Source: Burkholderiales bacterium
Lineage (GTDB): Bacteria; Pseudomonadota; Gammaproteobacteria; Burkholderiales; SG8-39
Assembly (NCBI GenBank): GCA_046347635.1
Contig: JAXMFT010000005.1
Coordinates: 513 to 64,512 of the forward strand
DNA length: 64,000 bases
Direction: 5' to 3'
In this document: positions 1 through 10,600 of the stretch, one piece after another
Layout: every line of letters begins with the position of its first letter
Numbering within the stretch: the first letter of the stretch is position 1
The notes under the pieces: generated by a model
Seen by the model: the letters and a program-made list of their open reading frames with translations, nothing else
Told to the model about the DNA's origin: nothing
Database searches by the model: none
Made by a program: the position numbers and the translations under genes

Positions 1-890
1 GCCAGCGCGGCGAGCACCATCACCGGCGCGGCGGCGGCGAGCAGCGCCGCGGACACGACGACGTCGAACGCGCGCTTCACGATCGCGCGCAGCCGGCCCT
101 GCCGGAAGCCGTCGCCGTAGATCAGCCAGCTCGCCTTCAGCGACTCCAGCGGCACGATTCCCTTCACCCGCTCCATGAAGCCGACGAGGTTCGTCACCCG
201 CACGCCGCTCAGGCGGCAGGAGAGGAGGTCGTCCATCGGCAGCACGCCGCCGCGCTGCTCGCGCACCGCGACGATCACCTCGTCCACGCGCAGCGCGCGC
301 GCGGCCTCCGCGACCGAGCCGAACCGGCGCAGGATGCGCGACTCCCCGACCTGCGTGGGCTCGGCCGGCCGCACCGGGAAGAAGCCGACCACCTGCACGC
401 CGGCGAGGGGCGACTCGCGCAGCGTGCGCTCCACCGCCGCGGCCGCGCCGCCGGTGCCCACGACCAGCGCGCGATGCGGCGCGAGGCCCGCCTGGAGGCC
501 GGGCACCATCGCGCGGCGGAACGCGAACACGCCCACGAGGCCCATCAGCGCGCCGACCGTGATCGCGTCGTTGACCGGGTACTGCTGCGGGAACACCGTG
601 AACACGGCGTACGCGATCGGCAGGGCGATGAGGAGCGAGACCAGGAAGCGCGGCGCGACCGCGGTGACGCCGAGCGGCTGGTCGTGGCGGTACAGGCCGA
701 AGGCGCTGCTCACGCACACCATCGCGGCCGCGAACACGAGCGCCGGCATCACCGCCGACGGCGCGGGACTGAGCGAGCCGTGCGGCAGCACGCGCACGCT
801 GAAGTACACGAGCCCGAAGAAGAGACAGGCCTCGAGCATCGCCTGCAGCAGCGTGGTCAGATGGAAGTGATGGCGGAACAAGGTGACCAT
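1..890 (-). CDS. Priming sugar transferase (polyprenyl glycosylphosphotransferase) of the PEP-CTERM/XrtA EPS-locus type; N-terminal ~296 codons, 3' end beyond window edge
   Basis: Not in ORF track because it runs off the edge. Hand translation of complement from ATG 890..888: MVTLFRHHFHLTTLLQAMLEACLFFGLVYF..., hydrophobic helices, VVGTGGAAAAVERTL linker domain, then KRAFDVVVSAALLAAAAPVMVLAAL (start of bacterial sugar-transferase domain). Third codon positions nearly all G/C. Confidence 0.8.
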   Translation of the reverse strand, partial: MVTLFRHHFHLTTLLQAMLEACLFFGLVYFSVRVLPHGSLSPAPSAVMPALVFAAAMVCVSSAFGLYRHDQPLGVTAVAPRFLVSLLIALPIAYAVFTVFPQQYPVNDAITVGALMGLVGVFAFRRAMVPGLQAGLAPHRALVVGTGGAAAAVERTLRESPLAGVQVVGFFPVRPAEPTQVGESRILRRFGSVAEAARALRVDEVIVAVREQRGGVLPMDDLLSCRLSGVRVTNLVGFMERVKGIVPLESLKASWLIYGDGFRQGRLRAIVKRAFDVVVSAALLAAAAPVMVLAAL

Positions 891-1641
891 TCAGGTTTCT
901 TTCCTGCTTGAATTCCTCCCTTGTCCTGCCCGTCCGGCAAGCCCGGCTCTCTCCGCTGCTCCGTCCGCCGGCGTCGTGGCGCCGCGGATCGCTGTTCGTC
1001 CCTGTGCAGCCGCCGCGTCGTGCGTGCGGCCCGCCGCGCCGATCCGCCGGCGCGCCAGTGCGCGCGTCCGCCGTCCGGTCGTGGTTCTGGCCTCTCGCTG
1101 AACGGCCCCGCTTCCCCCCGCGGTCCCGCATCCCGCCCGGTTCGTCCGACCGCTCGGGTCGGTGCCGGTGTCTTGAACGACTCGTGACCTTCCGTGTTGC
1201 AACTCGAACCGCAAAAAACCTGCCGCAAGAATGTCGCTACCCCTTTCTCCTGACGTCGCGCACGTCCCGCTGCGGGCGGTGCGCGGTGGCGATGCCGGTG
1301 GCGCAATCTATCCGGCGACGCCTCGTTTTTCACTCCGACGGAAGTGCTAATCGGAGGCGAATCGATGCTGCCATACGGCCTACGCCACGACTTAAAAACA
1401 TTGTCAAAAGACCGGTACAACCCGTCGCGCGCGAACGGTTCGCCGCGAGTGTGAAAAACGTCACGCGCGGGGGCGCGCGGCGTTTGCTAGGCGGAAAGGA
1501 CTAAGCCGAACGACCACGCGTCGGGCGCAGGCGACGCTCTGTCGCGCGCGGACGACGCGCTCGGGAGACGAGCCGGCCGCGCAAGCGGCGCTTCCCGCGG
1601 CGTGGCGTCCACGTGCGCCGGCCGATGGCGAACTGCGTCGC

Positions 1642-4600
1642 CTACGCCAGACGGTGCGTCCCCTGCTGCAGGCTCGCGGCCGGCTGCAGCGGCTGCGGTG
1701 CGGTCGCGAACTGCGCCGCGCCGAGCACCGCCGCCGCGGCGTCGAAGCCGACGCCCGCGAGCGACCCGGTCAGGCCGTAGCGGTACGCGAGGTCCCCGCC
1801 GAGCGCCTCCGCGTCGCTCGCCGCGAGATGCGCGTCGAGCAGCGCGTCCATCACCCGCCAGCGGGTCATGTTCGCGTCGGCGGCGCGCGCGGCGTCGAAC
1901 GCCTGCACGAGCGCGGCGAAGTCGAACCGCGCGACCTTCCGGTTGCGCAGCGGATCGCTCGAGTTCGGGTCGTAGCCCGCCATCGCCTCGGCGATGACCT
2001 GCAGGGTCGCGACGCTGCGGTGCGCCGCCGACGCGTACCAGTCCTTGAACGTGATCCGGTCGTCCGGACCCGTCTCGAGGACGAGGTGGTTTCCGGACCT
2101 GGACAGGAAGAGCGCGTCGTAGGCGATGCCGCCGCCGAGCGACACGGCGTTGTCGGCGCCGCTCGAGGCGTTCACGCTGTCCTGCCCGTCGCCCGCGTTG
2201 AAGGCGAAGAGGTCCGCCCCGGCGCCGGGCGACGCGGTGTCGTTGCCGGCGCCGCCGATGAAGAGCTGGCGGGCCGCGTTGCCGCTCATCGTGTCGGCGC
2301 CGTCCCCGCCGTGCGCGAGCCCGTTGCCGCCGGAGTCGCGCAGCGTGTCGTTCCCGCCCAGCCCCTGCAGGACGTCCACGCCGCCGCCGCCGGTGAGCGT
2401 GTTGTTCGCCGCGTTGCCGCGCAGCATGTTGTTCGCGCCGTTGCCGGTCGCGTTGATCGCGGCCGTGCCGGTCAGCACGACGTGCTCGACGTGCGGGCGG
2501 CTCGACACCGAGTAGCCGACCGACGATTCCACCAGGTCCGAGCCGGCGCTCGCGTTCTCCTGCACCGAGTCGCCGCCGTTGTCCACCACGTACGTGTCGT
2601 GGCCCAGCCCGCCGCGCATCGTGTCGGCGCCCGCGCCGCCGTCGAGCCGGTCGTCGCCGGACTTCCCGGTCAGCGTGTTCTTCGACGACGTCCCCACCAG
2701 GTGCTGCGGCGGGGCCGCCGTGACCGTCACCGCAAGCGGCAGCGTCGCCGTCGCGCCCGCCCCGTCCCTGGCCGTCACCCGCAACTCGAGCGTCCCGATC
2801 GCGCCGATCGCCGGCGTGCCAGTGAGCTTGCCCGTCGTCGCGCCGAGGGTGAGCCACGAAGGGAGCGCCGCGCCGTTCGCCAGCGTCGCGCTGTACGAGA
2901 GCGCGTCGCCGGCGTCCACGTCCGCAAACGCGGCGTGCGCGAAGTACGCGAGCGCCTGGCCTTCCTCGACGCTCGCCGCGTCGAACGCTCGCAGGAGCTG
3001 CGGGGCGTCGTTGACATCGCTCACCGTCAGGTCGAACGCGTCGCTCGCCGTGGCGCCGGCGGTGTCCGTCGCGGTGACCTCGATCGACACGGTGCCCACG
3101 TGCTCGTTGCCCGGCAACCCCGAGAAGCGCCGGGTCACCGGATCGAACGCGAGCCACGACGGCAGCGCCCCGCCGCTCGCCAGCGTGGCCGAGTAGGCGA
3201 GAACGTCGTCCCCGTCGGCGTCGGTGAAGGACGCGGCCGGCACGACGTAGCTCCAGGACGCGTCCTCGTTCGCGGTCTGGTTCGGGATCGCGGCGGCGAG
3301 CGCCGGCGCGTGGTTCTCGCGCAGGACGTCGAGCGTGAACGCGGCGGTCGCGGTCGCGCCGGCCGAGTCGGTCGCGACGAGCGCGATCGCGTAGCGGCCG
3401 AGGTCCGACGCGGTCGGGTCGCCCCAGAGCGCGCCGTCGTCGAGCCACAGCCAGCCGGGCAGCGGATCGCCGTTCGCCAGGGTCGCGTCGACCCACAGAT
3501 AGTCGCCGGCGTCCGGATCGCTGAAGACCTCGGGCAGCAGCGCGAGAACGTAGGTCTGACCCGCGAACGCCGTCTGCGCCGCCGGCGGCGTGGCCACCGG
3601 GGCGTCGTTCACGTTGTGGACTACCAGGTTCATCGTCCAGGTCGCGCGCGCCCCCGACGGATCGGTCGCGACGAGCTCGAGCGCAGTCGCGCCCACATCG
3701 CCGTTGCCCGGCGTGCCCGACAGCGTGCGCGTCGGCGCGTCGAACGCGAGCCACGTCGGCAGGCTCGCACCGTTGGCGCCCGCGAGCGACCAGGCGAGCG
3801 TGTCGCCGGCGTCGAGGTCCACGAACGCGTCCGTGCGCAGCGCGAGCGCGAACGGCTGGTCCTCGAGCGCTGCGCGGTCGCGCGGCGGCGAATTCACGAA
3901 GGGCGCGAGGTTCCCCACGGGCCCGGCCGCCCGCGCCGCGAGCGCGGCGGCGTCGAGCCAGACGCCGTCGCCGGCGAAGTAGGCGCGCTCGACGCCGACG
4001 CCGTTCGCGCGGTCCTGGTGCACGACCACCGCGTCGCCGGAGGCGAACGCGAGCTCGAGCCGGTCGCCGCTCGCGTGCACGACGACGCTCCCGGAGGTGG
4101 CGCCGGCGAACTCCAGGACATCGTCGCCGCCCGCGTCCTCGACGTAGTCGCGGCCGAATCCGGACGCGAAGGCGTAGCGGTCGTCGCCCGCGCCGCCCAG
4201 CAGCCGGTCGTTGCCGCCCTCGCCCGCGAGAACGTCGCCCGCGGCGCCCCCGCGCAGCAGGTCGTCGCCGAATCCGCCCTGGAGCGTGCTGGCGGCGTCG
4301 GTCGCGTGCAGCGCGTCGGGCCCGACCGAGCCGGTGAGCACGCCCGCGGGCGCGTCCGCGCCCGGCACCCGCACGCCCGCCGCGACGAGCCGCGCGAGAT
4401 CGAGCTCGGCGCCGTCGGCGAAACGCACGCGCTCGACCTGATAGCGCGCGCCGGCGAAGTAGTTCGCCATCCGCACGGACTCGAAGAGCAGGTCGTCCGC
4501 CGGATCGGACGCGTCGCGCCGCACCTGCTCCAGCACGAGGTCGTTGCCGATGCGCACCGGCGCCTGCAGGTCGTCCTGCAGCCCGCCGAGGACGACCGTG

Positions 4601-7600
4601 TCGGCCGTCCAGCCGTAGACGTACTGCGTGTCGTCGTCCGTGATCCGGTCCTCGGCGATCCGCGCAACGTCGCGCCGTCGCCCGAGTAGGCCGCCCGCAA
4701 CATAGGTGTCGCCGCCGTCGCCCCCGGCGAGCACGTCCGACCCGGGGCCGCCGTCGAGACGATTCGCAAACCGGTTCCCGGTCAGGGTGTCGTCACCGGC
4801 GCCACCGACGAGCGAGGACACGCCGAGCGGCTCGCCGAGTTCGAGCGCTTCCGCGTTCGCGTAGTCGTCGAGCCGGTACTCGCCGATGGGGCCGCCGGCG
4901 ATCTGGACGGTGTCGCGTCCCTCGCCGGGCCGCTCGACCACGCGGTCGCCGGCGCCGAGCACGTAGCGGTCGTCGCCGCGCCCGCCGGCGAGGACATTCG
5001 CGGCCGCGTTCCGGCTGCCGTCGAGCGTATTGGCCGCGTCGTTCCCGCGCCCGGCGACGGGCGCATCGCCGATGAGCGTCAGCGTCAGGCCGAACCCGGC
5101 GAGGTCGAAGTCGAAGGCGCTCTCCACCGCGTCCTGCGGCGTCGCGTCGCCGGTCGCGAGAATCACGTCGCCCGCGTCGGCGATGCGGTAGGTGTCCGGC
5201 CCCTCGTGCCCGATGTAGGCGTCGGCGCCCCCGCCGCCGTCGAGCACGACCGGCGCGCCCGGCATGACGCGGGAGGCGTCGAGCACGTTGTCGAGCGCGT
5301 TGCCGATCGCATCGCGCGCGCTCGGGACGTGGCGGCGAAGCGCGCCGTCGTAGAACGAGTAGGTCGGGGTGAGCAGCAGCACGAGGCGCTCGACGTTCTC
5401 GGGAAGCGCGTAGTCGTACGCCTTCGCCTCGACCGTGTCGTCGCCCTCGCCCGCGGCTTCGACGATCGTGTCCGGGGTATAGGGAACGAGCATCCCGTCG
5501 ATGTAGGGATCCTCGTCCAGGTACACGTCGTCCCCGCGGCCGCCGATCAGCGTGTCCGCCCCGCGCCCGCCGACGAGGCGGTTGCCGTTCGCGTTGCCGC
5601 GGAGAACGTTGTCGAGGTCGTTGCCGGTCGCCGACGCGTTGAGCGAGCCGGTGAGCGTGAGGTGTTCGACGTTCGCCGGCAGCACGTACGAGACGATCGA
5701 CTCGATCGTGTCGGTGCCCCCGCCCGCCGGCTCGACGACGACGTCCCGGTCGTTGTCCACCGCGAAGGTGTCGTCGGCTGTGGTGCCGGTCAGCGTGTTC
5801 TCCGCGCCGGTGAGCAGGCGCGCCTCCACGTCGGCGCGGGTCCAGCGCGTGCCGTCGGCGAACTCGATCGTCTCGATCTCGCGCGTCGCCGCGAAGTAGC
5901 TCGCGATGCGCACCTGGTCGCTCGAGCCGTCGATGACCAGCGTCAGGTCGTCGCCCGGCGCAAACAGACTGCCGTTCCGGGTCCGGTAGCGCTCGACCTC
6001 CGCCGGCGTGATCCCCGCCGCAAAGCGCAGCGTGTCGCTGCCGCCGGTGCCGTTCGAGTAGAACGGCCGGTCCTCGATCTCGTCGGCGCCGTCGCCGCGC
6101 GCGTACAGGTAGACGTCGTCGTGCTCGCCGCCGAGGAGGCGGTCGGCGCCCGGGCCGCCTTCCAGAATATCCGCACCGCCGCCCGCGTCGAGGGAGTCGG
6201 ACCCCGCGCCGCCGCGCAGGACGTCGCGGCCCTGGTAGAGCCACGTGCTCGGGTAGGTGAAGTCGCCCGAGAGCGCGTCGTCGCCGGCCCCGCCCTCCAG
6301 CACGTCGTCGCCGTTCTCGCCCCACAGGCTGTCGGCGCCGTCGCCGCCGAGGATGACGTCGTTGCCCTCGCCGCCGGCGACGTAGTCATCGCCCGCGCCG
6401 CCGTCGAGCGCGTCCGCGCCGCCGAAGCCGCGGAAGCGGTCGTCGCCGCCCGTGGCGGCCGTGAGGCGGCCGCGGATGTCGGCCGCGGTCCAGACGGCCG
6501 CGTCGGCGAACGCCACGCGGTCCACCATCCGATACGCGTCGTCCGTGAAGAACGGCCGCCAGAGCTTCACGCCCTCGCCGGTCGGCTGGCCGGCGGCATC
6601 CAGCAGATCGAAGTAGAGATCGTCGTTCGAGTCGTACAGCGACCACTCGCGGCGCAGCGCGACCGAACTCGAGTCGCTCGCCCAGAACGCGAGCACGTCG
6701 ACGCGGTTTGCCGAGGCGTCGTAGTCGTCGATGGTGTCGCGCCCGTCGCCGGGGGCGAAGCGGTACCGGTCGCTGCCCGCCCCGCCGCGCAGCGCGTCGT
6801 CGCCCGCGCCGCCGGAGAGCGTGTCCGCGCCGTCCTCGCCGTAGAGCGAGTCGGCGTCCGCTCCGCCCTCGAGCGTGTCCGCGCCGGCGCCGGCGGCGAG
6901 CCAGTCGGCCCCGGCCTGTCCGAGGAGCCGGTCGTCGCCGTCGCCGCCGTAGAGCTGATCGGCGCCGTCGCCCCCGTCCACGAGGTCGTCGCCCGTCTGC
7001 CCGTAGAGGCGATCGTCGCCGCCGCGACCGTAGATCGTGTCCGCGTACGCCGACCCGTTGAAAGTGTCGGGACCCTCGGTGAGCCGATTGGGGATGCGCG
7101 CGCCGATCTCGATGCGGTCCCAGAAGCTGCCGTCGGCGAAGTCGATGCGGTCGATGCCGTCGCCGGCGAACTGGTCGCGCACCGTCACCTGGTCGAGCGC
7201 ATCGCGCAGCTTCACCACGAGGTCGTTCGCCAAGCGTTCCAGCTCGACGTCGCCCGGCCCCGCGCCGGCGAAGAGCGCGAGCGCGTCCGAGTCGCCGGCC
7301 GCGCCGTCGGCGAGGGTGTCCTGCCCGTCGCCGTAGCCGAAGCGGTAGACGTCGTCGCCCGCGCCTCCCGTCAGGGTGTCGTTGCCGGCCCCGCCGTCCA
7401 GGACGTCGTCGCCGGCACCGGTGGATAGCGTGTCGTCGCCGTCGGCGCCGTACACGCGATCCACGACGTTCGTGCCGGTCAGCGTTTCCGCCGCCCCGGT
7501 CCCGTCGACGTCGAAGCCGCGCGCGATCAGCTGCTCGTAGGAGAGCGTCGTCCCGTCGGCGAACTCGAAGAGATCGACCGCGCGCCGCGCGAGCACGTCG

Positions 7601-10600
7601 TCCGGGTCGAAGTTCGGGAAGACGAGCGCATCGGCGCGATCCCCCCCGACCTGGATCCGCAGCGAACCGGTCGCGAGACGCACGTCGTCGGGGGTGATTC
7701 CCGGACCGAAGACGACCCGGTTCGGCGCGGTGGCCGCGCCGCCCGTGTCGTCGATCCTGTCGGTGCCGTCGCCGAGGTGATAGAGGTAGGTGTTGCCGCC
7801 GCCCGCGCCGGTCAGCACGTCGTCGCCGCGCCCGCCCGCGAGGACCGCGCCGCCGCCGGTGGCCGTGAGCGTGTCGTCGGCCGCGCCCCCGGCGAGCAGC
7901 ACCGCGGCCCCGGCCGAAGTCTCGTCCTGCGCCTCGTCGAGGAAGCGGCCGAGCAGCTGCTGCCAGCTCAGCACGACGCCGCCGCCGAGATCGAAGCGCT
8001 CGATCGCGCCGGCGAACCCGCCCTCGATCAGCACTTCGTCGCTCGCGCCGAACGACACGACGAGGTCCGGCGTATCGCCGTTGCGGCGCACCGCCCGCAC
8101 CCCGGCCCCGGACAGCCGCAGCGTGTCGCTGCCGGCGCGGTCGGCGATCGACTCCAGCGCGCCGCCGGACGGACTGTCCCCGGCTTGCAACACGTACACG
8201 TCGTCCCCTGCTCCGCCTTCGAGGCGGTCGCGATCGACGCCGCCGTGGAGGAGATCGTCACCCGCGCCGCCGTCGAGGAAGTCCTCGCCGGCGTCGCCGT
8301 ACAGCAGGTCCTTGCCGCCGTTGCCCTGGAGCGTGTCGCCGCCGGCGCCGCCGTGCAGCGCGTCGTCGCCCTCCACGCTGCCGCCGTCGCCGAGGAGCGA
8401 GTCCTGTCCGTCGCCACCGAAGAGGCGGTCCTCACCGCCGCCGCCCTTCAGGGCGTCATTCCCCGCGCCGCCGTCCAGGAAATCGTCCCCGTGGTGCTCC
8501 GCCGCGAGCGTCTCGTTGTCACCGTTGTCACCCGCGATCGTGTCATGGCCTTCGCCGCCATACAGTTCGTCGGCGCCACCCTGACCGATCAACTCGTCGT
8601 CGCCTGCGCCGCCGTCGAGGTGGTCGGCGCCGTGGAAGCGGCCCTCGAGGTCGGTGTAGTCGCCCTCGAGATGATCGTCGCCGTCGCCTCCGGTGAGCCA
8701 ATCGTCGCTGCCTTCGCCCCAGAGCTTGTCGCGGCCCGCGCCGCCGTCCAGGTAGTCCTTGCCGTGAAACGCGCCGGGCGTCACCGGATCGTCGCCGCCC
8801 AGGCTGTCGTCCCCGTCGCCTCCGTAGAGCTGATCGTCCCCGCCGTTGCCGGCGAGCTCGTCGTCGCCGGCGCCGCCGTCGAGCGAGTCCGCGCCATGGA
8901 GCGCGCCGGCGAGCCCTTCGGGGGTCCCGTCGTCGAGGTCGTCGCCGCTCAGGATGTCCGCGCCGTCGCGGCCGTAGAGCGCGTCGGCGCCCTGGTCGCC
9001 GAAGAGCACGTCGGCGTCGCGACCCCCGTCGATGAAGTCGGCGCCGGCCTGGCCGAACAGCCAGTCGGCGCCCGCGCCGCCGAAGATCGTATCCGCGCCG
9101 CCGGGCACGTCCTTCTGGGTGACCAGCACCGAGACCAGGCGCGCGGCGACCCTGCGCCGGTCGGGGTTGAGCCAGGTGGTCTCGCGCTCGACGCGCCAGT
9201 CGGCCGAGGCAGTCGTGTACTGGCTGAACTGCAAATCCCCGAAGACGTTGTCGTCGCCGCCCATGCCGACGAGCACGTCCTCGCCGTCGCCGCCGAGCAG
9301 ACCGTCGGCCCCGCCCCAGCCGACCGCGGTGTCGTTGCCTGCCCAGCCGTCCAGGAGGTCGGCCGCGCCGCCCGCGCTTTGCGACTCGCCGAGCGCGATG
9401 GCGTCGGCGAGAACGATCTCCGATTCGGCGTACAGCTCGTCGGCGTCGGCGCCGGCGAGCATCACGTCGGCGCCGGAGCCGCCGATGAGCGTGTCCTCGC
9501 CGGCCCAGCGCACGGCGAAGTCGTTGCCTCCGCCCAGGTCGATCCGATCGCCGGCGCTGTCGTTCTCCGCGGACCAGTAGACGAGGACGCGGTCGTCGCC
9601 CGCGTCGGCGAGCACCACGTCGGCCCCCAGCAGCGGGTAGATGACATCGGTGGTGACCTTGCCGAGGATCTGCTCGTCGGCGTCGGTGCCGTAGACCTCG
9701 GGGCTGGCGGGCTCGAGGTCGGTGACGACGGCCGCGGGCGGGGTGAAGGGCGGTTCGTCGACGGCGGCAAGGGCGATCGTCGCTTCCGGGCGCTCCTTGT
9801 GCGTCGGCACGCCCGTGGCGCCGGCGAGCGCCGCGTGCAGCGTGAGCGTCTGCGACGCGTCGACGTCCTCGTCGTTCCAGAGCGTGAAGGCGATCTGCCG
9901 GGTCCCTTCGGGCACGACCAGGCTGAAACGCCCGCCGGTGACGGGTTGCGTGCCGTTCGCGCTGAACACCGTGAACTTGTCCGCGTCCGCGCCCTCCACG
10001 CGCAGCGCGATGCGCTGGCCACCGGGGCCGGCGGCGTAGGGGAGGAAGATGGTGTACTCGCGACCGCGCGCTTCGGTCGTCGCGCTCGCGTCGACGGCGT
10101 CCGCGTCGAGACCCGCCGCGGGCGCGGCGAACGGGCTCGCCGATGCGCCGTCGCGGATGACGATCTTCTGCGCACCCGAGTCGGCGATGCGCAGCGCTTC
10201 CGCGATGTCGGCCCGCACGGCCGCGTAGGCGGGATCGTCCATCGCGCCCGCGAGCGCGTCGTGGATCGGTTGGTAGTCCCTGAAGTCCAGCGTGTCGGTG
10301 CCGAATGCGTTTCCGGCGCTCGCGTACTTCGCGGTCAAGTCCCGGTTCGCGTTCGCGATCGCTTCGCCCATCTGGTAGCGGACGAAATCGTCCTTCGCCG
10401 CCTGAATCGTCGCTGCGAGGACGGCGTCGGTCGCGCCAAAGACACGGAGGTCTTCCGCCATCGCCGCGACCAACTGCACGTCGAGCTCGGCGATCTGGCG
10501 CGCGGACAGGCCCGCCTCTCGCGCCCGGCCCTGGAGATAGGCCATCGACTCGTACAGGCCGTTGGGACCGTCCAGGGCGGTCATGAACGCGTCCGGATCG

